Below, piece by piece: positions 9,754-19,667 of a DNA stretch of 64,000 bases (position 1 is the first letter of the stretch; every line of letters begins with the position of its first letter). The stretch spans positions 3,318-67,317 of the forward strand of contig CBIHLJ010000004.1 in assembly GCA_966210745.1 (NCBI GenBank), read 5' to 3'. Source of the DNA: an uncultured Pseudoxanthomonas sp. (lineage in GTDB: Bacteria; Pseudomonadota; Gammaproteobacteria; Xanthomonadales; Xanthomonadaceae). The notes under the pieces are model-generated. The model saw only the letters and a program-made list of their open reading frames with translations. It searched no databases and was not told the origin of the DNA. Position numbers and translations under genes: made by a program.

Positions 9754-11502
9754 ATGTCCGCCGTCACGCCTGAAATCGCCGCCGACTTCCTGATCGAAGC
9801 GCAGGAAATCCTCGACCGGCTGGGCGAGCAACTGGTCACGCTGGAGCAGGACCCTTCCGACAGCGAGCAGCTGAACGCGGTGTTCCGCGGCTTCCATACC
9901 CTGAAGGGCGGTGCCGGCTTCCTCGGCATCCAGCCGATGGTCAACCTGTGCCACGCCGCCGAAGAAACACTCGGCCTGGTCCGCGCCGGACAGGCCACGC
10001 TGGAACCGCAGCACTTCGATGCCGCCCAGCAATCGCTGGATTGGCTGCAACAGATGCTGGATGCGATCGGCGCCGGTGAAGACCCGCCGCACGCACCGCA
10101 GATGCTGATCGACCAGTTCGATACCCGCGGGGATGCCGCACCTGCCACGCCGAAGCAAACGACCGCGACAAGCGCCACGGCCGCTGCGACCGGCACGGAC
10201 CTGATCAGCGATGATGAGTTCGAAGCATTGCTGGACCAGCTGCATGGCGATGGCGCACCCACCCGCACGGCCGCACCTGCGCCAGCCGCGCGACCGGCCC
10301 CCTCGCCCGCGAAACCGGCCGCACCGAAGCCGGTCGCGAAGGCCGGCGGTGAAACCGAACAGACCATCCGCGTGGACACCAAGCGGCTGGACGCCATCGT
10401 CAACCTGGTGGGCGAACTGGTGCTGTCGCGCAACCGGCTGAAGACATTGCGTGCGCGCATCCGCGACGAAGAACTGGACCGCGCCGTCAGCAGCCTGGAC
10501 ATCGCCACCGCGCGCCTGCAGACAGCGGTGATGCGCACCCGCATGCAGCCGGTGGGCAAGGTGTTCTCGCGCTTCCCCAAGGTCGCGCGCGACGTCGCCC
10601 GGCAATTGCAGAAGGAAGTCGACCTGGAACTGGTCGGCGCAGAGACGGAGCTCGACCGCAACCTGGTGGAAGCGCTGGCCGATCCGCTGGTGCACCTGGT
10701 GCGCAATGCGATCGACCATGGCATCGAAGTGCCCAGCCTGCGCGAAGCCTGCAGCAAGCCGCGCGCCGGCCACGTGCGCCTGTCGGCGCAGCAGGAAGGC
10801 GACTTCGTCACCATCGAGATCCGCGACGACGGCGCCGGCATCGACCCCGAACGCCTGCGCGCCAAGGCGCTGGAAAAAGGTCTGATCGATCCGGAAGCCG
10901 CCGCGCGCCTCACCCACGATGAATGCCTGCAACTGATCTTCCTGCCCGGCTTCTCCACCAAGGCCGAGGTCACCGACATCTCCGGCCGCGGTGTGGGCAT
11001 GGACGTGGTGCAGTCGCGCATCCGCGAACTCAGCGGCCAGATCGCCATCCATTCCGACATCGGGCGTGGGAGCCGCTTCGTCATCCGCGTGCCGCTGACG
11101 CTGGCCATCCTGCCCACCCTGCTGGTACAGGCCGGCGAACCCGTCTATGCCCTGCCGCTCGCACGCGTGATGGAAGTGCTGCACGCACCGTCCGAGAGCC
11201 TGCGCTGGTTCGATGGCCAGGCCGTGCTGGACCGCCAGAGCCATACCCTGCCCCTGGTCGACCTGCGCCACTGGCTGCGGGTGGACCCGGTGATGACGCC
11301 GTTGCTCACCATCGTGGTGCTGCAGATGGGCGAACAACGCTTTGGTCTGATCGTCGACCAGGTGCGCGGCCGCGAAGAAGTCGTCATCAAGCCCCTGCCG
11401 CGCGCCGTGCGCGGCCTGCCCGGCTACGCCGGCGCCACCCTGATCGGCGACGGCCGCATGGCCCTGATCCTGGACGTGGACGGCCTGCGCGCGACGGCGT
11501 GA
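9754..11502 (+). CDS. cheA: Chemotaxis histidine kinase CheA (system 1, no canonical P2 domain)
   Basis: Hpt FRGFHTLKGGAG, HLVRNAIDHG, IRDDGAG, FLPGFSTK..SGRGVGMDVV, C-terminal CheW domain. Confidence 0.96.
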   Translation: MSAVTPEIAADFLIEAQEILDRLGEQLVTLEQDPSDSEQLNAVFRGFHTLKGGAGFLGIQPMVNLCHAAEETLGLVRAGQATLEPQHFDAAQQSLDWLQQMLDAIGAGEDPPHAPQMLIDQFDTRGDAAPATPKQTTATSATAAATGTDLISDDEFEALLDQLHGDGAPTRTAAPAPAARPAPSPAKPAAPKPVAKAGGETEQTIRVDTKRLDAIVNLVGELVLSRNRLKTLRARIRDEELDRAVSSLDIATARLQTAVMRTRMQPVGKVFSRFPKVARDVARQLQKEVDLELVGAETELDRNLVEALADPLVHLVRNAIDHGIEVPSLREACSKPRAGHVRLSAQQEGDFVTIEIRDDGAGIDPERLRAKALEKGLIDPEAAARLTHDECLQLIFLPGFSTKAEVTDISGRGVGMDVVQSRIRELSGQIAIHSDIGRGSRFVIRVPLTLAILPTLLVQAGEPVYALPLARVMEVLHAPSESLRWFDGQAVLDRQSHTLPLVDLRHWLRVDPVMTPLLTIVVLQMGEQRFGLIVDQVRGREEVVIKPLPRAVRGLPGYAGATLIGDGRMALILDVDGLRATA

Positions 11503-11530
11503 GCGCCGGCAGAAGCGCGGGATCCCAGAT

Positions 11531-11670
11531 GTGGGAGCGACGTAAGTCGCGAGCTTTTCCTCTCAGACATCGAGACCCTCCACCCATCCGTCTCGCGGTT
11601 ATCGCGACTGACGTCGCTCCCACAGCAGAAATCCTGGTGTGACCTCTGTCGCGACTCACATCGCTCCCAC
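11531..11670. repeat. REP cluster, GT(G/A)GGAGCGACGTAAGTCGCGA family (three units)
   Basis: Unit at 11531-11552 with inverted units at 11602-11623 and 11649-11670; same family at 46074-46216 and 50277-50391. Confidence 0.85.
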
Positions 11671-11682
11671 ACCTGCGACACC

Positions 11683-11709
11683 TCAAGTCCACCTGAACCG
11701 GGCCGATAG
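11683..11709 (+). promoter_or_regulatory. Sigma28 promoter of the motAB-parA-cheW operon
   Basis: TCAA-N15-GCCGATAG. Confidence 0.8.
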
Positions 11710-11717
11710 ATCTGCAC

Positions 11718-12458
11718 ATGGACATCTTCAGCCTCATCGGACTCATCCTGGCGCTGGTCGCCCTGGTAGGCGGCAGCATCCTCAAGGGCGCGGGCCTGTC
11801 CTCGCTGTGGTCGTCGGCGGCCTTTGTCATCGTGATCCTGGGCACCATCGCCGCGATCCTGGTGCATACCCCGCCGCCGGTATTCAAGCGCGCGCTGTCC
11901 ATCGTGCGCTGGGTGATCCGGCCACCGGGCACCGATGGCGATGCGCTGATCGCCGAGATCGTCGACTGGAGCAACATCGCCCGCAAGCAGGGCCTGCTGG
12001 GGCTGGAGCCGCTGGTCAACCAGCAGGACGACCCGTTCCTGAAGAAGGGCCTGCAGATGCTGGTGGACGGCGTGGAGCCGGAATCGATCCGGCACATGAT
12101 GGAGATCGACCTCAACGGCCAGGAGCATCAGGACCTGGCCGCCGCGAAGGTGTTCGAAGCCATGGGCATCTACGCCCCCACGCTGGGCATCATCGGCGCG
12201 GTGTTCGGCCTGATCGCGGTGATGAAGAACCTGGCCGACCCCAGCAAGCTGGGCCACGGCATCGCCGCCGCGTTCACCGCGACCATCTACGGCATCGCCT
12301 CGGCCAACCTGTTCTTCCTGCCCATCGCCAGCAAGCTCAAGAGCGTGATCGGCGGGCGCAGCCGCGAACAGGAGATGATCATCGAAGGACTGATCGCGAT
12401 CGCGCAGGGCGAGAACCCGCGCAACATCGAGGCCAAGTTGGCCGGCTTCCTGCACTGA
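11718..12458 (+). CDS. motA: Flagellar stator subunit, MotA/MotC family
   Basis: ARKQGLLGLE, APTLGIIGAVFGLI, GIAAAFTATIYGI. Confidence 0.92.
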   Translation: MDIFSLIGLILALVALVGGSILKGAGLSSLWSSAAFVIVILGTIAAILVHTPPPVFKRALSIVRWVIRPPGTDGDALIAEIVDWSNIARKQGLLGLEPLVNQQDDPFLKKGLQMLVDGVEPESIRHMMEIDLNGQEHQDLAAAKVFEAMGIYAPTLGIIGAVFGLIAVMKNLADPSKLGHGIAAAFTATIYGIASANLFFLPIASKLKSVIGGRSREQEMIIEGLIAIAQGENPRNIEAKLAGFLH

Positions 12459-12477
12459 TCCCTGCGGAACGACGGCG

Positions 12478-13440
12478 ATGGCGCGCAGGAAGAAACACGA
12501 GGAGCACGCGAACCACGAGGCCTGGGCGATCCCCTACGCCGACCTGATGACGCTGCTGCTCGCCTTCTTCGTGGTGATGTACGCCATCTCCACCATCAAC
12601 GAGGGCAAGTACCGCGTGATGGCCGATGCGCTCACGGCGGCCTTCGGCGGCGCGCCGCGCACGATCAACCCGGTGCAGGTGGGCAACCACCAGTTGCAGG
12701 GCGCCGACTTCGACCGGCCCTCGCCGATCAAGTCCGGCGCCAAACAAGGCCCATCCGCCCCATCGCCCTCGCCCAACGTCACCCTGCTGGCGGCGATGGC
12801 CTCGCAGATGAACCTCTCGATGGACGAGAAGGGCTTGAAGAGCGCGCAGGGCGAGCTCAAGCGCATCGCCGATGACCTGGAACGCGCGCTGGCGCCGCTG
12901 ATCGACGAGAAGCTGGTGGTCATCAAGCGCTCCGAGTTGTGGCTGGAAGTGCAGATCAACAGCGACATCCTGTTCGCCACCGGCTCGGCGGCACTGGATC
13001 CGCAGGCGCAGCAGACCGTCGGCAAGCTGGCGGAAGTGCTGGGCAACGTGCCCAACTCGGTGCGCGTGGAAGGCTATACCGACGACCGCCCGATCCGCAC
13101 CGCACAGTTCCCGTCCAACTGGGAACTCTCGTCGGCCCGCGCCGCGAGCGTGGTGCACCTGTTCGTCCGCGACGGAATTCCGCCGGAGCGGCTGGCGATG
13201 ATCGGCTACGGCGAGTTCCGGCCGATCGGCGACAACGCCACCCTCGAAGGCCGCAACGCCAATCGCCGCGTGCTGCTGATCATCCTGGCCAGCCCGGCCG
13301 GCCCGGCACCGAACTTGCATGCACAGGAACAGGCCGTCGAAGCGCCGTCAGTGATCGCACTGCCGTCGTTGCCGACCCACGCCGCGTCGCCCATGCCCGG
13401 AGCGCCGCCGGCGCCCCAGGTCCATGAAGGAGTCCAGTGA
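12478..13440 (+). CDS. motB: Flagellar stator subunit, MotB/MotD family
   Basis: WAIPYADLMTLLLAFFVVMYA; OmpA-like VEGYTDD, NWELSSARA, NRRV. Confidence 0.92.
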   Translation: MARRKKHEEHANHEAWAIPYADLMTLLLAFFVVMYAISTINEGKYRVMADALTAAFGGAPRTINPVQVGNHQLQGADFDRPSPIKSGAKQGPSAPSPSPNVTLLAAMASQMNLSMDEKGLKSAQGELKRIADDLERALAPLIDEKLVVIKRSELWLEVQINSDILFATGSAALDPQAQQTVGKLAEVLGNVPNSVRVEGYTDDRPIRTAQFPSNWELSSARAASVVHLFVRDGIPPERLAMIGYGEFRPIGDNATLEGRNANRRVLLIILASPAGPAPNLHAQEQAVEAPSVIALPSLPTHAASPMPGAPPAPQVHEGVQ

Positions 13441-14222
13441 TGCGCGTGTGGGCAATCGCCAACCAGAAAGGCGGCGTCGGCAAGACCACCACCACCCTCG
13501 CCCTCGGGCGCGCGCTGGCCATGCGTGGCCGCCGCGTGCTGCTCGTGGACCTGGACCCGCACGCGTCGCTGACGCGCGCGTTCGGCGTGCCCGCCGAGCC
13601 GCAGCCTTCAGGCGTGCTGGACCTGTTCGATGAGCAACCGCCCGCGCTCGCCAGCGTGGCGCGCGCCACCGAGATCGAAAACCTCACCTTCGTACCCGCG
13701 CAGACACCGCTGGCCACGCTGGAGCGCCGCAGCGCCACCCAGCCCGGCCTGGGCCTGGCGCTGTCCAATGCACTCGCACGCGGCGGCCAGGCCTGGGACC
13801 ATGTGCTGTTCGACTGCCCGCCCACGCTGGGCCTGCTGATGGTCAATGCGCTGGCCGCGGCCGACCACGTCATCATTCCGACCCAGACCGAACCGCTGGC
13901 GCTGCACGGCCTGAAAGGCATGTGCCGCACCGCCGACATGATCCAGCGCTCGCGCCATCGCGAACTGCCGGTGTCGATCCTGCCCACGCTCTACGACAAG
14001 CGCACCCGCACCGGTGCCGAGACCTTGAAGGCGATGCAGGACGAGTACGGCGGGCGCGTCTGGAACGACGCCATCCCCAACGACACGCGCATCTGCAGCG
14101 TCGATGCACTGACCCGTTCCAGCCCTGCCGCGCAGTATCCCGGCCGCGGCCTGTCGGCTTACCGCCGCGCGCTGGACTGGCTGCTGCTGACGGAAGCACG
14201 CGCCACCGAGCAAGCCGCATGA
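13437..14222 (+). CDS. ParA-family ATPase (chemotaxis ParC-like)
   Basis: IANQKGGVGKTTTT, DLDPHASLT, DCPPTLG; located between motB and the cheW-like gene. Confidence 0.9.
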   Translation: MMRVWAIANQKGGVGKTTTTLALGRALAMRGRRVLLVDLDPHASLTRAFGVPAEPQPSGVLDLFDEQPPALASVARATEIENLTFVPAQTPLATLERRSATQPGLGLALSNALARGGQAWDHVLFDCPPTLGLLMVNALAAADHVIIPTQTEPLALHGLKGMCRTADMIQRSRHRELPVSILPTLYDKRTRTGAETLKAMQDEYGGRVWNDAIPNDTRICSVDALTRSSPAAQYPGRGLSAYRRALDWLLLTEARATEQAA

Positions 14223-15223
14223 ATACGCCAGCCGTCCTCGATGACTACCTGCACGACCTGCTGGGCGAACTGGGCACGGCAACCGTCGCTCCATCCCAGA
14301 CCACGGTCATCGAGGAAACGGCGGTGACCGCCGGCACATCGCCCGACGCGGCCGACACGCCAGCGCCGCCCATCGCGAAGGTCGAAGCGCCTCCCACGCT
14401 GGCAATCGCGCCGGTGCGGGCGGGCAGCGACGCGGACATGATCGACGACGATGAGTTCGAAGCGCTGCTGGACCAGTTGCACGGCAGTGGTGCTCCCACC
14501 GCGGTGGCCGTCCCCGCCAGCGAGCCGATCATCGCGGCGCCGACGCCTCCCGCGCCTGCGCTTGCGGTCGCGCCTGCGCGCGCAGGCAGCGCCGGCGACA
14601 TGATCAGCGACGACGAGTTCGAAGCCCTGCTTGACGACCTGCACGGAGGCGCTGCGCCCACCGCGCGGATTGCCGTACCCGCGCCTGTCGCCCCGCCGGC
14701 CGCACCCGCCATGCAGGCCCCGCGCGCCCTGGCGCCGCTGCCCAGCAAGCCCTACTTGCAGGAAGCCTTGCCCGACACCGGCGAGCGCCGCCGCGCGACC
14801 GAGCGCAAGACGCGCTGGCTGCGCCTGCGCTGCGACCAGCAGCACTACGCGCTGGAACTGCTGAAGGTGCAGGAGGTCGTGCGCCCCGCCACCCTGCTGC
14901 CTCTGCGCGGCGCCGCGCCGCACATGCTCGGCGTGATGAACCTGCGCGGCCAGGTGGTGCCGGTCATCGACATGGGCCTGTACCTGGGCCGCAGTGCGAT
15001 CGACACCGATGCCGCCACGCGCATCGTGGTGCTCGAAGAGCACGGCGAGATCCTCGGCCTGCGCGTCAGCGCGGTGGAGGACGTGGCCAACCTGACCGAC
15101 AACCAGATCGAATCCCCCGACAACGCGCGCGTCGGCCGCATCGCGAATCCCCTGTTCCGCGGCGTGGCCCGCCTCAACGAACGCGCGGTGATCCTGCTGG
15201 ACGCCTCGCAAGTCCTGCAGTGA
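14219..15223 (+). CDS. CheW-domain protein with long N-terminal extension (ParP-like)
   Basis: N-terminal LDDYLHDLL, two DDEFEALLDxLHG repeats, C-terminal CheW fold (LGVMNLRGQVVPVID, GLRVSAVEDV); ATG overlaps the parA stop. Confidence 0.85.
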   Translation: MNTPAVLDDYLHDLLGELGTATVAPSQTTVIEETAVTAGTSPDAADTPAPPIAKVEAPPTLAIAPVRAGSDADMIDDDEFEALLDQLHGSGAPTAVAVPASEPIIAAPTPPAPALAVAPARAGSAGDMISDDEFEALLDDLHGGAAPTARIAVPAPVAPPAAPAMQAPRALAPLPSKPYLQEALPDTGERRRATERKTRWLRLRCDQQHYALELLKVQEVVRPATLLPLRGAAPHMLGVMNLRGQVVPVIDMGLYLGRSAIDTDAATRIVVLEEHGEILGLRVSAVEDVANLTDNQIESPDNARVGRIANPLFRGVARLNERAVILLDASQVLQ

Positions 15224-15393
15224 TGCGGGGAAATCAAAACAGGACTCAAGGGATGGCGCATTCCGTCAGCACGTCCATGCCGGCGTTTCCGGGTGTTGCG
15301 GAAGCCGGGAACGCACGCGCCGATGTGGGCTTCCCGTCCTCGCCCCCTGCCCCCTGCAATTCACGAACCGCGTCACATATCCACACCGGATGC

Positions 15394-15420
15394 TCAAGAG
15401 TGGCCCGTGAGCGCCGATAC
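15394..15420 (+). promoter_or_regulatory. Sigma28 promoter of the STAS-cheY-cheA operon
   Basis: TCAA-N15-GCCGATAC. Confidence 0.8.
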
Positions 15421-15449
15421 CCCACTAGAGCCGCCCTTCCGGAGACACG

Positions 15450-15764
15450 ATGAGCGCAGTGCCCCTGGGTGATGACCTCGGCATCGAGGCCGCCACCGAC
15501 CTCAAGCAACACCTGGCCATGCATGTCGCACAGCCTGGCCCGCTGGTGCTGGATGCCGGCACGGTACAGCGCGTGCATACCGCCAGCCTGCAGGTGCTGT
15601 GCAGCTTCGTGCGCCAGCGCGAACAGGCCGGGCTGGCCACCGACTTCAGTGCGGTCAGCCAGAACTTCCGCGACGCGGCACGCCTGCTCGGCCTCGGGCC
15701 GCAGCTTGGCCTGGCGACCACCAACAACGAAAACAACATGCAACAAGTGGAGAACGCCGCATGA
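15450..15764 (+). CDS. STAS-domain protein of the chemotaxis cluster
   Basis: 104 aa; LVLDAGTVQRVHTASLQVL STAS-like pattern; directly upstream of cheY. Confidence 0.8.
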   Translation: MSAVPLGDDLGIEAATDLKQHLAMHVAQPGPLVLDAGTVQRVHTASLQVLCSFVRQREQAGLATDFSAVSQNFRDAARLLGLGPQLGLATTNNENNMQQVENAA

Positions 15765-16126
15765 GCGCACGCATTCTGGTAGTGGACGATTCGGCCTCGA
15801 TGCGACAGATGGTCGCTTTCGCCCTGACGTCGGCCGGCTTTTCGGTGGATGAAGCCGAAGATGGCCAGGTCGCACTGGGACGCGCGCAGGGACAGAAGTT
15901 CAATGCGGTGGTCACCGACGTCAACATGCCCAACATGGATGGCATCTCGCTGATCCGCGCCCTGCGCGGCATCCCCGACTACAAGTTCACGCCCATGCTG
16001 ATGCTGACCACCGAATCGGCCGCCGACAAGAAGGCCGAAGGCAAGGCCGCAGGCGCGACCGGCTGGCTGGTCAAACCGTTCAACCCGGAACAACTGGTCG
16101 CCACCGTCCAGAAAGTCCTGGGCTGA
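15761..16126 (+). CDS. cheY: Response regulator CheY (system 2)
   Basis: ILVVDDSASMRQMV, TDVNMPNMDG, LTTES, WLVKPFNP; ATG at 15761 overlaps the STAS stop. Confidence 0.93.
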   Translation: MSARILVVDDSASMRQMVAFALTSAGFSVDEAEDGQVALGRAQGQKFNAVVTDVNMPNMDGISLIRALRGIPDYKFTPMLMLTTESAADKKAEGKAAGATGWLVKPFNPEQLVATVQKVLG

Positions 16127-16174
16127 TCCTCCTTTCCTCCGCTTCCCCTCCGACCGCACCAGGGCACCGTCGCA

Positions 16175-18163
16175 ATGAACATGGACATGCAGCGCTTCCA
16201 CGCCACGTTCTTCGAGGAAAGCCGCGAAGGGCTGGAAGCGATGGAGGCCGGCCTGTTGTCGCTGGAACAGGGCAACCGCGACGGCGACCTGATCAATTCC
16301 ATTTTCCGCGCCGCGCATTCCATCAAGGGCGGCTCGGCGACGTTCGGCTTCGATGCCATCGCTGGCATGACCCACGTGCTGGAAACCCTGCTGGACGAAC
16401 TGCGCGCCGGCCAGCGTGCGGTCAGTCCGCCCGCGGTCGATGCGATGCTTGCTTCGGTCGACGTGCTGCGCGCCCTGCTGGCCGAAGCCGAACACGGCAC
16501 GCCGGCCGATCCTGCCGCTGTGCAGGCCATGAAGGACCGCCTCAATGCCGTGCTGTCCGGCCAGGACGCACCTGCCGCCACGCCTGCTGCCGCAGCGAAG
16601 GCCGACGAAACACCGGAAGGCTGGAAGATCGGATTCACCCCCGCACCGTCGTTGTTCATGAGCGGCAACGATCCGCTGCGCATCCTGCGCGAACTGGAAC
16701 ACCTCGGTCCGCTGGAGATCGCGTGCCGCATGGAGCGCCTGCCGGGGTTCGAGCAGATCGATCCGCTGGAAGCCTATCTCGCGTGGGACCTGGGCCTGAT
16801 CGGCAAGGTGCCGCGCAGCGCGGTGGACGATGTATTCGCGTGGGTCGTCGACGATTGCGAACTCGACATCCAGCCGATGCAGCGCAATGCGGCGCCTGTG
16901 GAAGCCGTCGCCATCGCCGCGCAGCCGGTCGCCACGGTGACCGCAAGCGGTGCGCAGGCACCGGCAGGCGCCGCGCCCGCCGCCAACGACACCGCAGAAA
17001 CCTCCATTCGCGTCAGCGTCGACAAGATCGACGGACTGATCAACCTGGTCGGTGAACTCGTCATCACCCAGGCCATGCTGAAGCAGGTCTCCGGCCTGCT
17101 CGACCAGGCCCAGTGCGAGCGCCTGTTCGCCGGTCTGGACCTGCTGGAACGCAACACGCGCGACCTGCAGGAGGCCGTCATCGGCGTGCGCATGCTGCCG
17201 GTCGACGCCGTGTTCCGCCGCTTCCCGCGCCTGGTCCGCGACCTGTCCGCACGCCTCGGCAAGCAGGTGCGCCTGCGCACGATTGGCGAGGGCACCGAAC
17301 TGGACAAGGGCCTGATCGAACGCATCGCCGATCCGCTCGTGCACTTGGTCCGCAACTCCATCGACCACGGCCTGGAACTGCCCGATGCACGCCGCGAGGC
17401 GGGCAAGGACGAAACCGGCACGATCACGCTGGCCGCTTCGCACCAGGGCGGCCACATCGTCATCGAAGTCAGCGACGACGGCCGTGGCCTGAATCGCGAA
17501 CGCATCCTCGCCAAGGCCGCCGAGCGCGGCCTGGCCGTGCCCGAGAATCCCACCGACGGCCAGGTGTGGGACCTGATTTTCCAGCCCGGTTTTTCCACCG
17601 CTGAAGCGGTGACCGATCTTTCCGGCCGTGGCGTGGGCATGGACGTGGTCCGCCGCAACATCCAGGCCCTGGGCGGCGAAGTGCAGCTGGAAAGCGCGTC
17701 CGGCAGCGGCACGCGCGTGGTCATCCGGCTGCCGCTGACGCTGGCCATCCTGGACGGCATGGGCGTGTCGGTCGGCGAAGAAACACTGATCCTGCCGCTC
17801 GGCTACGTGCTCGAGGCTCTGCAGCCGCAGGCCGAGGACGTGCGCACGGTGGCCGGCGACGGCCGCGTACTGCGCGTGCGCGGCGAGTACCTGCCCATCG
17901 TGTCGTTGAACGACTACTACTGCTACGGCCAGAGCGACGCAGAAGATCCGCTGGTGGTCGTGGTGGAAGCCGACGGCCAGAAGCTGGCGCTGGAAGTGGA
18001 CGAACTGATCGGCCAGCAGCAGGTCGTGGTCAAGAACATCGAAAACAACTACCGCCGCATCGACGGCATCTCCGGCGCCACCATCCTCGGTGACGGCCGC
18101 GTGGCCCTGATCGTCGATGTCGGCGGACTGGTACGCGCACGCAGGACGCTGCAGGCGGCCTGA
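16175..18163 (+). CDS. cheA: Chemotaxis histidine kinase CheA (system 2, with P2 domain)
   Basis: FRAAHSIKGGS, SGNDPLRILREL P2 domain, HLVRNSIDHG, DDGRG, FQPGFSTA..SGRGVGMDVV, CheW domain. Confidence 0.96.
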   Translation: MNMDMQRFHATFFEESREGLEAMEAGLLSLEQGNRDGDLINSIFRAAHSIKGGSATFGFDAIAGMTHVLETLLDELRAGQRAVSPPAVDAMLASVDVLRALLAEAEHGTPADPAAVQAMKDRLNAVLSGQDAPAATPAAAAKADETPEGWKIGFTPAPSLFMSGNDPLRILRELEHLGPLEIACRMERLPGFEQIDPLEAYLAWDLGLIGKVPRSAVDDVFAWVVDDCELDIQPMQRNAAPVEAVAIAAQPVATVTASGAQAPAGAAPAANDTAETSIRVSVDKIDGLINLVGELVITQAMLKQVSGLLDQAQCERLFAGLDLLERNTRDLQEAVIGVRMLPVDAVFRRFPRLVRDLSARLGKQVRLRTIGEGTELDKGLIERIADPLVHLVRNSIDHGLELPDARREAGKDETGTITLAASHQGGHIVIEVSDDGRGLNRERILAKAAERGLAVPENPTDGQVWDLIFQPGFSTAEAVTDLSGRGVGMDVVRRNIQALGGEVQLESASGSGTRVVIRLPLTLAILDGMGVSVGEETLILPLGYVLEALQPQAEDVRTVAGDGRVLRVRGEYLPIVSLNDYYCYGQSDAEDPLVVVVEADGQKLALEVDELIGQQQVVVKNIENNYRRIDGISGATILGDGRVALIVDVGGLVRARRTLQAA

Positions 18164-18261
18164 CGCAGCCGTTCCCTCCTTCCTCTTCGGCGTTCACTTG
18201 GGACGCGGCCTTAGACTGGCCGCGACAGGTGAGCGCACGCCCACAGCCAACAGGTAAATCC

Positions 18262-19452
18262 ATGAAGTACATGTCCACCCTCGCCCTGGCCCTGATGGCC
18301 GCCCACGCCAGCGCGCATGCGGAAGATGCCGGCACCAGAGCGAGTGCATGGCCGCCGAAGATCAGCTTCGCCGACGGCACCGAACTCAGCCTGGGCGGCA
18401 ACCTGCAATACGACCTCAACCGCTTCTCCGGCGAGGGCTACAACGGCGCCGCGCTGGAAGACGACGACGCCTGGCGCCGCCAGGAGATCGGCGTGACGCT
18501 CAAGCGCAAGGGGGTGTACGACTTCGGCGCGACCTTCGATTTCGAGGCCAAGACGTGGAGCGACGTCGCCCTGCGCCTCGAAACCAAGGCACTGTTCGGC
18601 CGCGACGCCGGCAAGCTGCGCATCGGCCAGATGAAGCTGCCGCTCGGCTTCGAGGGCAACACCGGCACCCGCCACGTCTCGATGATGGAGCCGTCGCTGC
18701 CCACGCAGGCGTTCTACCAGGGCCGCCGCAGCGGCATCGACTGGGCGTTCGAGCGCACGCACTACATCGCCAACGTCGGCTACTTCTTCGAGTCCGACCT
18801 GCAGGGCAACAACAAGGGCGACACGGCGGCGTTCCGACTGGCGTGGACGCCGCGCAAGGCGGCCGGCGACGTGCTGCACCTCGGAATCGCCGGTTCGCAG
18901 GAACGTCCCGACAGCGAGGTCAACGGCTTGGGCGCCACCGTGTATCCCAGCGTGCGCTGGCGCGCCAAGCCCGAAGCGTCACTCACCGGCGTGCGCCTGG
19001 TGGACTCGGGCACGCTCACGCGCGTGGACCGCATCGAGCGTACCGCCCTAGAAGCGTTGTGGATCCACGGCCCGTGGTCACTGCAGGGCGAGTACCTGCG
19101 GCAGGAGACCACGCGCGAGCTGGGACTGCCTTCGTACACGGCCGATGGCGGCTACGTGCTGGGCAGTTGGCTGGTGACCGGCGAATCGCGCAGCTACAGC
19201 AGCGGCAACGTCAGCAACCCCAAGCCCAAGGGCAAATACGGCGCATGGGAGCTGCTTGCCCGCTACAGCCGCATCGATCTGGACAGCGACGGTATTGCCG
19301 GCGGCCGCGAACACAACTGGACGCTGGGCGCCAACTGGTATCTGACGCCCTACTTCAAGTTCCAGGCCAACTACGTGAAGAGCGATGCGACGCGCGGCGC
19401 GTTCTCCGCCGACCCGTCCGTGTTCCAGCTGCGCGCACAGATGCACTTCTGA
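18262..19452 (+). CDS. OprO/OprP-family (phosphate-selective-like) porin
   Basis: Signal peptide MKYMSTLALALMAAHASAHA, RRQEIG, GQMKLPLGFE, GAWELLARYS..DL, TLGANWYL, C-terminal aromatic residue (QMHF). Confidence 0.8.
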   Translation: MKYMSTLALALMAAHASAHAEDAGTRASAWPPKISFADGTELSLGGNLQYDLNRFSGEGYNGAALEDDDAWRRQEIGVTLKRKGVYDFGATFDFEAKTWSDVALRLETKALFGRDAGKLRIGQMKLPLGFEGNTGTRHVSMMEPSLPTQAFYQGRRSGIDWAFERTHYIANVGYFFESDLQGNNKGDTAAFRLAWTPRKAAGDVLHLGIAGSQERPDSEVNGLGATVYPSVRWRAKPEASLTGVRLVDSGTLTRVDRIERTALEALWIHGPWSLQGEYLRQETTRELGLPSYTADGGYVLGSWLVTGESRSYSSGNVSNPKPKGKYGAWELLARYSRIDLDSDGIAGGREHNWTLGANWYLTPYFKFQANYVKSDATRGAFSADPSVFQLRAQMHF

Positions 19453-19548
19453 ACCTGCTTTCCGCATCGCCTGCGCAGCCGGTCACGGTCTGCGCGGGCA
19501 TGCCGTCGACATGCAGGTAAGCGCGCTTACCTTTCCGCCGAGCGGTCA

Positions 19549-19575
19549 TCAAGAACGGTCATATTCCGCCGTTAC
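19549..19575 (+). promoter_or_regulatory. Sigma28 promoter of MCP1
   Basis: TCAA-N15-GCCGTTAC. Confidence 0.7.
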
Positions 19576-19667
19576 TCGGGGAGAGACACCGCACCAAGGG
19601 CATGGACCGCCACGGCATCAGCCTGATGCACTGGCCCCACCTACTGAACTCTACCGAGACCGCCTTC

